Below, piece by piece: positions 44,901 through 53,470 of a stretch of DNA of 64,000 nt (positions within the stretch are counted from its first letter, which is position 1; each line of letters opens with the position of its first letter). The DNA is from a virus. Lineage: Duplodnaviria > Caudoviricetes. The stretch is taken from IMG/VR virus record IMGVR_UViG_3300050034_000334, one strand, 5' to 3'. Under the pieces are notes generated by a model. It had not been told where the DNA came from. It worked only from the letters and a program-made list of their open reading frames with translations, and searched no databases. Position numbers and translations under genes: made by a program.

Positions 44901-46073
44901 CTTGAGATGAAACGGATTGAAATGAGTCTTGATGGTTAGATTGTATCCTGGTAAACCTTGTCTTCTCTCTCCTTTGTATTCATAGAATTTTCCTTTGTTT
45001 GGTCCTCGAAGTGTCGCCATTCCTCCGAGAGATCTAACTAGAAAAGCAGTATCCTCAGCCAACGACTTTGACGAAGTTCCAAGATAGACCAAACCATTTT
45101 TTGAACACTCTCCATCGGTATCTAATAGTCCTCTCAAAAGTTCTTTACGGACTGCTGCTGAGGCAGTTAGATACTGCTTAGGAATGTGCTTATCTGGAGA
45201 TTTCTTACCCCATAGTCCCAGTTTCACTAATGCTCTTATGTAAGGATTTGGTTTCTTCAATCCGGTTGTTATGGAATAGTCACAACCGTCAGGAATAATT
45301 CTCCGTAAGAATAACTCAAGAGGAAGTTCCGCTCTAACTCTGGAGAGTATTTCCTCGTCAACATTGGAAATTGAAACTCCAGGTTCTCTGAATCCTCCAT
45401 CACCAAGTAAAGCTCCCATAGAGTATGGTTTAATGAGAAGCAATCCTTCACTTCTAAGTCCTTTGCTGACAGCAGCTATAGGGAGGAAAAAATTGCTAGT
45501 TTTCCTACGATCTTGCAATCCGATGTCTAGGAGTTGTTTGGTAGATAGAGTGCGAAACTTCTTGTTTTCACGATCGTGACTTGTCTGTACAGTCCACAAA
45601 TGTTCTTCACAACATTCAGTGGATCCCCCATCATTAGTGATAAACTTGAAAATGGACTTGATGCCCTGAGGGAAAATTGCCTCAACTTTACCTGTTCCAC
45701 CATCTGGATCGGTAATAGCATCTCCAACTTTCAGATCTCCCATTGACTTCCATCCGTAAGGAGTTAGAACTTTGGCAGTAAGAGGTTGAGCCTTCCCCAG
45801 GCCGACGCCGTCTCCATTAATATGTCTAGGCAACCTCGTATGGTGGAAAATCTGCTGTTTTTGATACTCCCTCAGTACAAGAGGATGAAGCTCCCCATCC
45901 TGAATGAACTCTTTCTTGAGGAGAGTGGGCCAGCGGAAGGGAATCGGATTGACTCGACCTTCTTTGACCCCATCTATGTCCCAGGTACGAATTTCCCAGA
46001 GTTTCTCTAGCAGGGATGGAGGTATTCCGAGAGTATCAGTGTAGGTCGTGACGATGGGACATAGATCACCCAT
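41943..46073 (-). CDS. SNF2-like SF2 helicase interrupted by two inteins
   Basis: LREYQ, GDGVGLGK/T, ILDECQ, ALTAT, GMEGINLQ and QLVGRMVR motifs. Confidence 0.9.
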   Translation of the reverse strand: MGDLCPIVTTYTDTLGIPPSLLEKLWEIRTWDIDGVKEGRVNPIPFRWPTLLKKEFIQDGELHPLVLREYQKQQIFHHTRLPRHINGDGVGLGKAQPLTAKVLTPYGWKSMGDLKVGDAITDPDGGTGKVEAIFPQGIKSIFKFITNDGGSTECCEEHLWTVQTSHDRENKKFRTLSTKQLLDIGLQDRRKTSNFFLPIAAVSKGLRSEGLLLIKPYSMGALLGDGGFREPGVSISNVDEEILSRVRAELPLELFLRRIIPDGCDYSITTGLKKPNPYIRALVKLGLWGKKSPDKHIPKQYLTASAAVRKELLRGLLDTDGECSKNGLVYLGTSSKSLAEDTAFLVRSLGGMATLRGPNKGKFYEYKGERRQGLPGYNLTIKTHFNPFHLKRKAERWKLPLFARAIVSIEPVGEKEAQCIRVSTKRNLYITDDHIVTHNTIDVIASACWVKERHPNAKFLVLTTKSTTWQWGSEFSKFSDLRPFVMVDEYKGQSSYKARLQQLRDFLAGAKKDVMVCKYTSVIGKRKKGVGQFDVDGNPTNNGTEVISEEIKEFCRICMANREDLWIILDECQKFKGVGNAIRQLIANLCNRTDHVWALTATVVKNDLAEFYSISSALNIRPFGYLDDFNEKFCIFEKQHRGNGIFEDVLRGYHNLKDFREGMRPFFLGRSQAQVKEPLPKLSTSYIPIDLSAEQVKLLLHDIPEGTYQLPPSVTKVAGEIIIKDRNPDNLMTMMSVYQLVANHPALLDPSDKEKFLTPKLSPKEEELLYLLDGGDLVGEKVICYAQPLDSKILTPSGWKTMGEMNIGTEVVDPDTGEKAEVIGVYPQGVKPIYRVTTKSGAVTEATEDHLWLVQSHKKTWRVRNTRQIIDRGLQRKDPRESNVNRYNKAFLPIAKETRFSQNGDLPIPPYTLGVLLGDGDISSGKGIEFSVDDSEIAERVKQECPIGMTVHDRKLYYKHPSGNIHPGYSLVSTTPTEKDEQGYNIGGNNRYLNSIKEMNLCCDSYTKFIPEKYLHSSIEDRIELLRGYLDTDGCCGEGQVTVGSASKQLILDAAELVRSLGGLAYFSGPERTFYTHNGVRKEGATGWSLTIQVSFNPFHLERKTELWHPAKSVLNPIKSIEYVGEKECQCIRVSSKRSLYITDDYIVTHNTKYRTWIDRLDALTNAGQFTRRKFLRITGAESEKTRDINKRLFQSTAEHDLIVINNAGMEGINLQSAAHMILLDCPWSWGDLIQLVGRMVRMASPHSACTLHIMAAKGTMDEYTIEVLKGKKGIFETILGESHSAGILDNNLEINLDSGMDQAGTDEEFRRMLTAHVKSVSMKSFTDGKLLFRASTDSDYKMIFEEGGKKPRRGGGKFAQMQDKYQGKWDFPEAE
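42621..43718 (-). mobile_element. Intein 2 (366 aa, Ala1, class-3 WCT signature, LAGLIDADG endonuclease)
   Basis: AQPLD...EDHLW...LGDG...YLDTDG...QCIRV...IVTHN/T. Confidence 0.9.
44757..45791 (-). mobile_element. Intein 1 in Walker A (345 aa, Ala1, class-3 WCT signature, LAGLIDADG endonuclease)
   Basis: GLGK/AQPLT...EEHLW...LGDG...LLDTDG...QCIRV...IVTHN/T. Confidence 0.9.
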
Positions 46074-47208
46074 AGTACACTTCTTCGTAATAGTTATCAG
46101 GTCTGATTTTTTGGGTCTCAGAGACTATAGGCTTCTGAGCTGAACTTAACCAGTAAAACCCAGTCAAGTTCAGTTGGCCTCTAGATACACTAGAAAGACC
46201 AAGTCCGATATTGACGGCAGCATTTAAGTCGGCATCTGTGATGAAATCACATTTGCTACACCTAAATACCTCTCCGTTTCTATTGGACTTCTTTACCCAG
46301 CCACATACTGAGCATCTTTGGCTTGTATAAGCGGAAGGTACTGTAGTCACACGGACACCGTGCTCCGTACAGTATCTGTCCAGCTTTACAAAGATATCAG
46401 CATACGTCCAGTGGCTCAACTTTCTTGAGGATGATTTTCCTTTCCTCAATTTAGATATATCTTCTCGACAAATTTGTTTAACACCTTGTAGTTCTAGCTG
46501 GTTTACTGACCAGTTGATAAAATTCTTTCGATGAGTTTGAGCTTTTCTAAACCCTTGAGAACCCCTATTTCGTCTAGAAAGTTTTTCAGCAATCTTTGGA
46601 AAAGTCCAACCATGATGATCAGGGCAAGTTTGAAATCCATTGGAAACGGAAATAGTCTTACTCAGACCCACGTCTACTCCCAAAGTTACTCCAACTTTAA
46701 CCAGCCTAGTATCTGGTATCTCAAAACTAAATGTGATGGTACTAGCGGATAGTCTAATAGAGTTCAAAATCTTCCCATTGTGAAACATTTTAGCTAAATG
46801 CTTGTGTGATTTGAAGGGTAGTACCAGCCTCAACTTGTTTCCCAGAGAAGTTATCCTCACCCATCCATCAAAACTGGTTGAGTTTCTGAAGTCTAAGTCG
46901 ATAAATCTTTGATCTAAACAAGGTTGCAAGTGTTTCGTACTAGGTTTACTCGCCTTGGCTTGTTTCTTTTTAGTTCCTCTAACCATACCTGACGCTTGTT
47001 TGCTAGCTGCCTGTTTAGCTCTGGCTGAGAGCCAGGTGGTGACTTGAGAAGTTGTGTATTTATCTGGTAGAGTTTGAACTTCGTTCATTTCCCACATGAT
47101 GTTCACAAATTCAGAAACTACACGAGTGTACTCAGAAATAAACTCTCCAAGTGCTTTTCGCTTTCCTGAATTGGCAAACTTCAATGCTACCGATGAACTT
47201 CTAACCAT
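46066..47208 (-). mobile_element. tnpB: Solo TnpB RNA-guided nuclease (IS200/IS605 family), no TnpA
   Basis: GVDVG, REDI, TSQRCSVCG...FRCSKC...DADLNAAVNI; AT-rich. Confidence 0.9.
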
Positions 47209-47223
47209 GGTATTATAATACTG

Positions 47224-47445
47224 TTATTCTTCCTCATCTTCGAGTTTCTCCTCTTCAACAAATAGAGGTTCCTCCTCGTAATACCCTTCCCCGTCAGCAT
47301 CCTCGTCAAACTCGTCTTCCTCCTCCGGGTCAAGGACATCGTTGTCTTTAAAGTCTTCGTCAGCATCGTTGATTGTTATAATGCCTTCTGTTGTTACCAC
47401 TTTTCTTGGCACGGAAACCCTCCGGAGGCATAATACCGCACTCAT
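47224..47445 (-). CDS. Highly acidic small protein
   Basis: Asp/Glu-rich C-terminal half. Confidence 0.55.
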   Translation of the reverse strand: MSAVLCLRRVSVPRKVVTTEGIITINDADEDFKDNDVLDPEEEDEFDEDADGEGYYEEEPLFVEEEKLEDEEE

Positions 47446-47461
47446 AGAGGGTTTCTGTATA

Positions 47462-47788
47462 CTATTTTGATCTCGATTTCACCTTTGCGAGTTGACGGGC
47501 GTCAAATCCGGTGAGCATCGCAATGGCGTCTTCAACTGAAATCTGGCGCCAACCTGCCTTGATCAACCAACTCTTGTCCTCCAATGAAAGCGACTTTGAC
47601 CGATATTCAAGTATGAAACTAGGATATCCTTCCACCGGGTTATCGTCTACAGTGATTTCTCCCAACATCGGATCTACAACCACCAACGACTCTTTCTGCG
47701 TCGGCCATCCTTCCTTGAGTTGATTCCGGCGGATGATCAGCGAAGAGACGGGAACACCGTTTAGTCTGAAATTCCAATCGCAGGTCAT
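47462..47788 (-). CDS. Hypothetical protein
   Basis: ORF track. Confidence 0.55.
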   Translation of the reverse strand: MTCDWNFRLNGVPVSSLIIRRNQLKEGWPTQKESLVVVDPMLGEITVDDNPVEGYPSFILEYRSKSLSLEDKSWLIKAGWRQISVEDAIAMLTGFDARQLAKVKSRSK

Positions 47789-48015
47789 GGTGACTGTACC
47801 TCCTTGTTTTGGGGAACCACGATGAGAGAACTATCCCTCAACTTATACACCCGACATTTCCAATCGAGCGCGACGGCCTCGCGAAGTGTGCTTGCTACTT
47901 TGGACTGAGGTCCCATGACAAAGGCAGACTTTTCGAGTATCTCTCGTGAGAACTCAGCTACAATGTCTCGTGCTATAGAAGTCGGCACTTCGTTTGGTAT
48001 TCCGAATGGTCCCAT
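47785..48015 (-). CDS. Hypothetical protein
   Basis: ORF track. Confidence 0.5.
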   Translation of the reverse strand: MGPFGIPNEVPTSIARDIVAEFSREILEKSAFVMGPQSKVASTLREAVALDWKCRVYKLRDSSLIVVPQNKEVQSP

Positions 48016-48058
48016 CAGTTACCTGCTCTCTATAAGAGACTGTTGTAGTTCTCAATAC

Positions 48059-48445
48059 TCAGTATGACACTCGTTTCGGGTCGCCCATGTTGTGAGTCCA
48101 AGTAGCATCCTTGCTCATAGGAAGCGGACTTTGAATGAATCCCGAACCCATGCAGTCTTCACAGGTAGGAGATGGTCTTCCTAACCTTTTCACACAAAAT
48201 GGGCAGGGTTTCTGTTCTCCACGAGGAAAGCTGTACTGATTGAGTGTGAGTGCGCGGACAATAGCATCGCGCTGGTTGTTTGTCAAAGTGATAGTCTCAA
48301 CAAAAGGACTTTCGAGCTTTGTGGTGAAGAAATTGGCGCGTAGCTGGAAGGTGAACCCATGGAGTCTCCACCCCAGAGGTCCTTCAAGCACGCGCCAGTA
48401 GTCTTCATCAGCCTTCATCTGAGCAATTTGAGCTTTATTTGCCAA
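48059..48445 (-). CDS. Hypothetical protein with zinc ribbon
   Basis: CPFC...CEDCMGSG. Confidence 0.55.
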   Translation of the reverse strand: MANKAQIAQMKADEDYWRVLEGPLGWRLHGFTFQLRANFFTTKLESPFVETITLTNNQRDAIVRALTLNQYSFPRGEQKPCPFCVKRLGRPSPTCEDCMGSGFIQSPLPMSKDATWTHNMGDPKRVSY

Positions 48446-48447
48446 CC

Positions 48448-49788
48448 TTACAGGCCTCCTTCAACCTGGCATTCCTTCATCGTTTCCAAGGTGTCAACAA
48501 CGAAAGCCAACGCCTCTTCCTTGGTCGTTACTTCCCCGGCCAACTGAGCATTGCCGACTTCGAACAGCAAAGTCTTGAACAGCGGTCCCGGCTTCATGCC
48601 CATCTCTATCAGGTCGCGGCCTGTCACCAGGAGAACCGGATGGAGCTTCTCTTCCGGTGTTTCAGCCAGCAGCTTCTCTACGAACTCAGCATGAACCAGG
48701 TTCACCCGACCGGCTGTGGCATCCAGCTTATGCAATGCCAACAGTTCGGCGAAGTTCGGCTGGGCCAAGAAGCGCATGACCTTGGCCTTGCGCATTTCCT
48801 GAACCAAACGGAAGTCCATGTGCTGAGCCACGTGGCTGACCACTGTGTCTACGACGTCAGTGGAGAACCGCAGCCGATTCAGTATGTCGCGAGTCATCTT
48901 GGCTCCGACTTCTTCATGACCGTAGAAAGTCGGCTGGCCATTCTTCTCGCCCTTCGTGACCGGCTTCGCCACATCGTGCAGCAAAGCAGCCAAGGCCAGG
49001 GTCACACTGCAACCCTTTTCCAGCTGAGCCAGCAGCAGCTTTGTGTGAACCCAGACATCACCCTCGGGATGATGCAAGTCGTTCTGCTCCACCCCAACCA
49101 TTGCCTGAACTTCTGGCAGTACGAATCCCAACAGGCGAGTCTGGAGCAACAGTTCCATACCCACGTCGGCACGACCAGAGGTCAGTATGTCAACCAGTTC
49201 CTGTGCGACGCGCTCGGCGCTGACGAAAACTATCCGATGAGCGTTTTCCTGCATCCCCTTGAGGGTGTTTGGCTCTATCGTGAATCCCAGCTTGCAAGCG
49301 AAGCGGACTGCGCGGAGCAACCGCAGTGCGTCCTGTTCAAACCGATCAGCAGGAACTCCAACTGCGCGCAGAACCTTGTTCTTCAAGTCTTCCAGACCGC
49401 CGTTGCCCAAGTCATGGACGTTTCCATTGAGGTCCATCACCATCGCGTTGACGGTCAGGTCACGACGCTGCATGTCTTCGTAGACGTCAGTGGTGAACGA
49501 AACGGCAACCGGGTGGCGACCATCTACATAGACGCCATCCTTCCGGAATGTGGCGACTTCAACTGCTTCGCCTTCGAACATCACCAGAGCCACACCGAAG
49601 TGTGCTCCAACGACTTCCGTTCCCGGGAAGACCTCAGCAACCTGCTCCGGTGTAGCAGCGGTTGCGATATCTACATCTTTTGCATCAACACCCAGGACAT
49701 AGTCGCGAACTGCTCCACCGACAAAGTAAGATTCATATCCGGCTTCGGTCAGCTTGGTGAGGATTGGCTTGTAATGATCAAATCTCAT
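48448..49788 (-). CDS. cca: CCA-adding tRNA nucleotidyltransferase with HD domain; leaderless start
   Basis: VGGAVRD...DVDIAT, RRDLTVNAM, DALRLLRAVRF, HHPEGDVWVHT, LLHDVAKP. Confidence 0.9.
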   Translation of the reverse strand: MRFDHYKPILTKLTEAGYESYFVGGAVRDYVLGVDAKDVDIATAATPEQVAEVFPGTEVVGAHFGVALVMFEGEAVEVATFRKDGVYVDGRHPVAVSFTTDVYEDMQRRDLTVNAMVMDLNGNVHDLGNGGLEDLKNKVLRAVGVPADRFEQDALRLLRAVRFACKLGFTIEPNTLKGMQENAHRIVFVSAERVAQELVDILTSGRADVGMELLLQTRLLGFVLPEVQAMVGVEQNDLHHPEGDVWVHTKLLLAQLEKGCSVTLALAALLHDVAKPVTKGEKNGQPTFYGHEEVGAKMTRDILNRLRFSTDVVDTVVSHVAQHMDFRLVQEMRKAKVMRFLAQPNFAELLALHKLDATAGRVNLVHAEFVEKLLAETPEEKLHPVLLVTGRDLIEMGMKPGPLFKTLLFEVGNAQLAGEVTTKEEALAFVVDTLETMKECQVEGGL

Positions 49789-49794
49789 ACTTCT

Positions 49795-49823
49795 CTCTAC
49801 GTGAGAACTCACAGGAAAGGTTA
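49795..49823 (-). promoter_or_regulatory. Phage promoter TAACCT-N17-GTAGAG
   Basis: One -35 variant base; ATG 6 nt downstream. Confidence 0.75.
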
Positions 49824-49853
49824 CGATTTCCACACTCTAACTAGAGGGTTCAA

Positions 49854-50456
49854 ATGATCAAGTGCTTCTTGGTAACACCTACTGGAGATGGGGCGATGTA
49901 TCTTCGTCGCTACTCGGCTGGTCCGGAAGTAATTTGCACTGGACCTATGCGTTATCACGATGCAATGAACTTGGCCTTCGAAGTACCCATCACCACTGAC
50001 AAGGATGGATATTGGTCACACCTACAAGATTATAAGATCTCACATGAGGATCCTCGCTGGCCTCAATCCTGCACCTGCGGGTATGTCTTCAAAGAAACTG
50101 ACACCTGGCAGTACTTCCATGATCGCATCGAAACTGACGGAATCACTCGCTGGCCTCATCGTCAACTTCCAGTAGGAGCCATGTGGTGGGCTTCCTGGAT
50201 GCCTAAGAACATGTACTGGGACAACAAGGAAGATGATAACTTGATGGTGATCACTCCGGGAGGAGAATGGTGCATTGACTCCCGCGCCTCTAACTGCACT
50301 ATGAAGGAAGATCGTCTACATCGTTGCTGGGTCAGACATGGAACTCCTCCCGATATTCATGTCGACAAAGATGGTCAAACGTGTGCTGCCGGAGCAGGGT
50401 CAATTCAGTGTGGGGATTATCACGGATTTCTGCACCATGGTAGTCTTACTACCTAG
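49854..50456 (+). CDS. Hypothetical protein with DUF6527-like C-terminus
   Basis: CWVRHGTPP...GSI...YHGFLHHG. Confidence 0.55.
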   Translation: MIKCFLVTPTGDGAMYLRRYSAGPEVICTGPMRYHDAMNLAFEVPITTDKDGYWSHLQDYKISHEDPRWPQSCTCGYVFKETDTWQYFHDRIETDGITRWPHRQLPVGAMWWASWMPKNMYWDNKEDDNLMVITPGGEWCIDSRASNCTMKEDRLHRCWVRHGTPPDIHVDKDGQTCAAGAGSIQCGDYHGFLHHGSLTT

Positions 50457-51511
50457 ACCCACACCTTCCACAATTCCTCGAGTGCCTGCTGGTTGTTCTG
50501 GTAGAGGATGAAGATTCCACCCTTCTCTTCCCAGGCAGTCTTGTACTTGATGTAATCATCGATGATGACATCACCAGGCTCCATGTAATGCGACTTGTCA
50601 CGAGAAGGACAGATGATGATTGGCGTCCCGGGGAATTTACGTTCCACCCACTCAGCTTTCTGAGCATAGGCACCCACTCCGGCCTTTTCCTCATTGCAGC
50701 CAGTGAGGATTGTGGGACCCAGATGCTTGACAGCATCGAATAGTTCCCGGGCATCGGGCATCAGGTCAAGGTCATGGTAGAAGAACCCGTACTCCCGAAT
50801 CTCGGTCCAGAACTTCCCTGATCCTTCTCGATCTTCGAATTGTCGCGCTGGCTCTCCCAGAATTGCAAATGCCAGCCGGTCGAAGTCAGCCAAGACTCCA
50901 TCCAAATCCAGAAACAGCTTTCTCATGCTAGAGCCTCCACCATCTGTCATCTGTATGCTTCCGAATTGGCCGCGCTCACGCTCTCCAGCGGCAGTCCTTA
51001 TAGCCTTGGCTAGATTCTGACCATCCTTGGCTTCATCCAAATCCCTGCCAATGCCGAAGCTGAAATCGGCACCCTTGTAGACGTGAGTTCGTCCGGTCAG
51101 CTTGTCCTTCACTTCGATCCGGGTGCCGCGCAGTACCTCTCTCGCGCTCTCCAGCTTTTCATACAATTCGTCAGGACTATCTGCTCGGTAAACGAACTCG
51201 TCTCCCTTGTCGTGATAGGCTTCCAAACCAACTGCTTGCAGAGCGTCAGCTTTGGCTCTCAGAAGAGTGTCACCAGCTGCATATCCGTATCTGTCATTGA
51301 ATGCCTTCAAACCGTCGACATCGCTCATGCCGATGGCTGGCGCTGGACTTCCTCCCAAGGCAGGATCATTGTGCTCCTCGAAGTCCTGGATGTTCGGAAG
51401 TCCGGTCTTGCGACTTACAAGCAGAGCAATGTTCTTCTCCCCATCGGTCATCTGATCGATACGTTTGCGGAGGTTGGCTGTTTCTGGCTTGCGCTGCTCT
51501 TGGTAGCTCAT
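50453..51511 (-). CDS. GGDEF-like domain fused in frame to a HAD 5'(3')-deoxyribonucleotidase-like domain (internal RBS and ATG at 50926)
   Basis: SDVDGLKAFNDRYGYAAGD...KGDEF; FLDLDGVLADF...VIIDDY. Confidence 0.75.
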   Translation of the reverse strand: MSYQEQRKPETANLRKRIDQMTDGEKNIALLVSRKTGLPNIQDFEEHNDPALGGSPAPAIGMSDVDGLKAFNDRYGYAAGDTLLRAKADALQAVGLEAYHDKGDEFVYRADSPDELYEKLESAREVLRGTRIEVKDKLTGRTHVYKGADFSFGIGRDLDEAKDGQNLAKAIRTAAGERERGQFGSIQMTDGGGSSMRKLFLDLDGVLADFDRLAFAILGEPARQFEDREGSGKFWTEIREYGFFYHDLDLMPDARELFDAVKHLGPTILTGCNEEKAGVGAYAQKAEWVERKFPGTPIIICPSRDKSHYMEPGDVIIDDYIKYKTAWEEKGGIFILYQNNQQALEELWKVWV

Positions 51512-52074
51512 GGCTCGATCACGACCGTCCTGTGTTCATTACTGCAGTACTCGGGGCCTCGATCGCTGACGCCGTACCAGCAAAGAAGCCATCCGGCATC
51601 CTTCTCTGTCATGAAGCGTCTCTTCCACATCTTTCCTGGATACACTCCAGTCGGATAGGAACTCGAGTACTCCTTCAACTTGTTGAGGGTCTCCTGCTTC
51701 ATGTAGGCAGTGTCGCCATCGATGCGGATGTCTTCCCTTGAAGGTTGATCGCACACATCGGCATGTTCGTAGGGGACAGCGGGGATCAGGTGGATGTCCA
51801 GGATTGTACTCGTCTTACGAACTGACTCGATTTCTTCCGTATCGACGACGCTGATGGCTCCCCAACTGGTGAGCACTGATTTCAGCCGGGGAGGTAACTT
51901 GACCGAATGAATCTCCACCGTGTGATCTGCTGTGTCCAGATACAGGGCCACAATTCCGTTCTTCTCCATCCATTGAGTGAGTTCCTGGCGAATGCGTTCT
52001 CCCTCAGGTTCAAACTCTACGTTCTTTCTGATAGCATCCTCGGGAGGAGCTACATGACAATCGACTCTGCTCAT
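51508..52074 (-). CDS. Hypothetical protein
   Basis: ORF track. Confidence 0.6.
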   Translation of the reverse strand: MSRVDCHVAPPEDAIRKNVEFEPEGERIRQELTQWMEKNGIVALYLDTADHTVEIHSVKLPPRLKSVLTSWGAISVVDTEEIESVRKTSTILDIHLIPAVPYEHADVCDQPSREDIRIDGDTAYMKQETLNKLKEYSSSYPTGVYPGKMWKRRFMTEKDAGWLLCWYGVSDRGPEYCSNEHRTVVIEP

Positions 52075-52217
52075 CTGTTCCTTTCAGTATGGTTGCAATG
52101 TGAAGAAAAGCCAGATCTTCATCCACCACTTCGGTCTAGCAGCGCATGGACCGTGATGCCCTCTTGTACGACTGCATTTCCAGCCAAAGGGAGGCAAGAT
52201 GCATTTGGCAAATTGGC

Positions 52218-52619
52218 TCATCCGATCGCCAAGCAACACACCTGCTTGAACTCATCAGGAGATTCAATCTGTTCCACGGCTGGATCGACGAGAGTGTTTT
52301 CTGGGATGATCTCGGGATAGGTGGCCTTGTACCACCAGGTCATTTCTTCAACCGCAAGGACACCTTCGGGGAATGCTGAAATCACAGCGAGGTTGTAATA
52401 CCCCATCTCAAAGATGTCAGTGTGATTTTCGAGCACGGCCTTCTCGGCATCCTTGAATTTCAGATACCATCCCCAGGTCCGCTTGCGCTTCTGCTTGTCG
52501 TGGAGTACTGTTACGAAGAAAATAATTGGGCCGGGAGAGGGCGAACCAATGTTGATGTTCGCCCCATCTTCAGCCTCCGCCGTTTTGCGAAGCCATTCCT
52601 CGCTTGCGTTGAATTCCAT
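52218..52619 (-). CDS. Hypothetical phage protein
   Basis: RTWGWY...AVLENHTDIFEMGYY; GGAGAGG RBS. Confidence 0.65.
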   Translation of the reverse strand: MEFNASEEWLRKTAEAEDGANINIGSPSPGPIIFFVTVLHDKQKRKRTWGWYLKFKDAEKAVLENHTDIFEMGYYNLAVISAFPEGVLAVEEMTWWYKATYPEIIPENTLVDPAVEQIESPDEFKQVCCLAIG

Positions 52620-52649
52620 AGTCCTCTCCTAGCAGAACTCTTACGATAG

Positions 52650-52678
52650 TTCTACCAAGCAGGACTAGAAATCGGTTA
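52650..52678 (-). promoter_or_regulatory. Phage promoter TAACCG-N17-GTAGAA
   Basis: Motif match. Confidence 0.75.
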
Positions 52679-53431
52679 AGAGGATACGATTCGCAAATCG
52701 GCTTCCAGTTGTGCCAGGTTCAACCCGCTTGGAGAACCCTTGCTGGTCAGCCAGTCAGCACTGAGCAAGCAGTGAGCTTCGTCCACGTATGTCTTCCAGA
52801 AGTCCCACGTCATCTTCAGTGTAGCACCCCAGGTGATGCAAGTCAAACCTTCTTCGTCGTATGCAGCGACGAAGACGCAGTGACCACCCCATGAACCAGG
52901 AACTGTGCTGCCGGTGCCATTGTCAGGGACCACAGTCCAGATCGGTTGATTCTGTGCAGACAAGGGGAGTTGAACACCGATGTACACGCCACCAAACAGC
53001 TGGATGGCCCTTTTGATTTCTGTGAAGTTCAACACGTTCGGGTCGACATACGACTTCAGCGCGACTCCGCCAGCGCCATACTTCTTCCAGAGATTCAGAA
53101 CACGTAGTTCTTCGCCACCCTGATCGGTGGAAGGATCTGCTGGGTTGTACCCATCCCACTTTTCGTAGAGGAAGAGGACTCTGGCGTCCGTGATGGTTCT
53201 TTCGATGCCAGTGTTGAGACTCCAGACCTGGATGGCATGAGCAACGCCAGCGATCGTACAGTCTCCAAGGGTGTCATTGAGCATCATGCCAAAGGAGGTC
53301 TTCCCCTTGAACCAATCGACAGAGACTGGCGGAGCAGGCAGGTTAGGAGCCAGATACTTCCCCAAGCGAAGAGTCCGACTGTCAATTTTTGCTGGGTGCT
53401 TTCCGAGTTTCATCTTGGCAGTGTATGGCAT
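52676..53431 (-). CDS. Papain-like cysteine peptidase; paralog of 3294-4070
   Basis: NDTLGDCTIAG, WGGHCV, ITWG. Confidence 0.7.
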   Translation of the reverse strand: MPYTAKMKLGKHPAKIDSRTLRLGKYLAPNLPAPPVSVDWFKGKTSFGMMLNDTLGDCTIAGVAHAIQVWSLNTGIERTITDARVLFLYEKWDGYNPADPSTDQGGEELRVLNLWKKYGAGGVALKSYVDPNVLNFTEIKRAIQLFGGVYIGVQLPLSAQNQPIWTVVPDNGTGSTVPGSWGGHCVFVAAYDEEGLTCITWGATLKMTWDFWKTYVDEAHCLLSADWLTSKGSPSGLNLAQLEADLRIVSS

Positions 53432-53470
53432 GAGATTCTCCCTCTAACCTAGGAATCCCATAGCCGATTT

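Noticed and set aside
48439-49857. Long antisense ORFs (also 4896-5537, 18173-18958, 57660-58607 and others)
   Set aside because: Shadows of well-supported genes on the opposite strand with no recognisable motifs.
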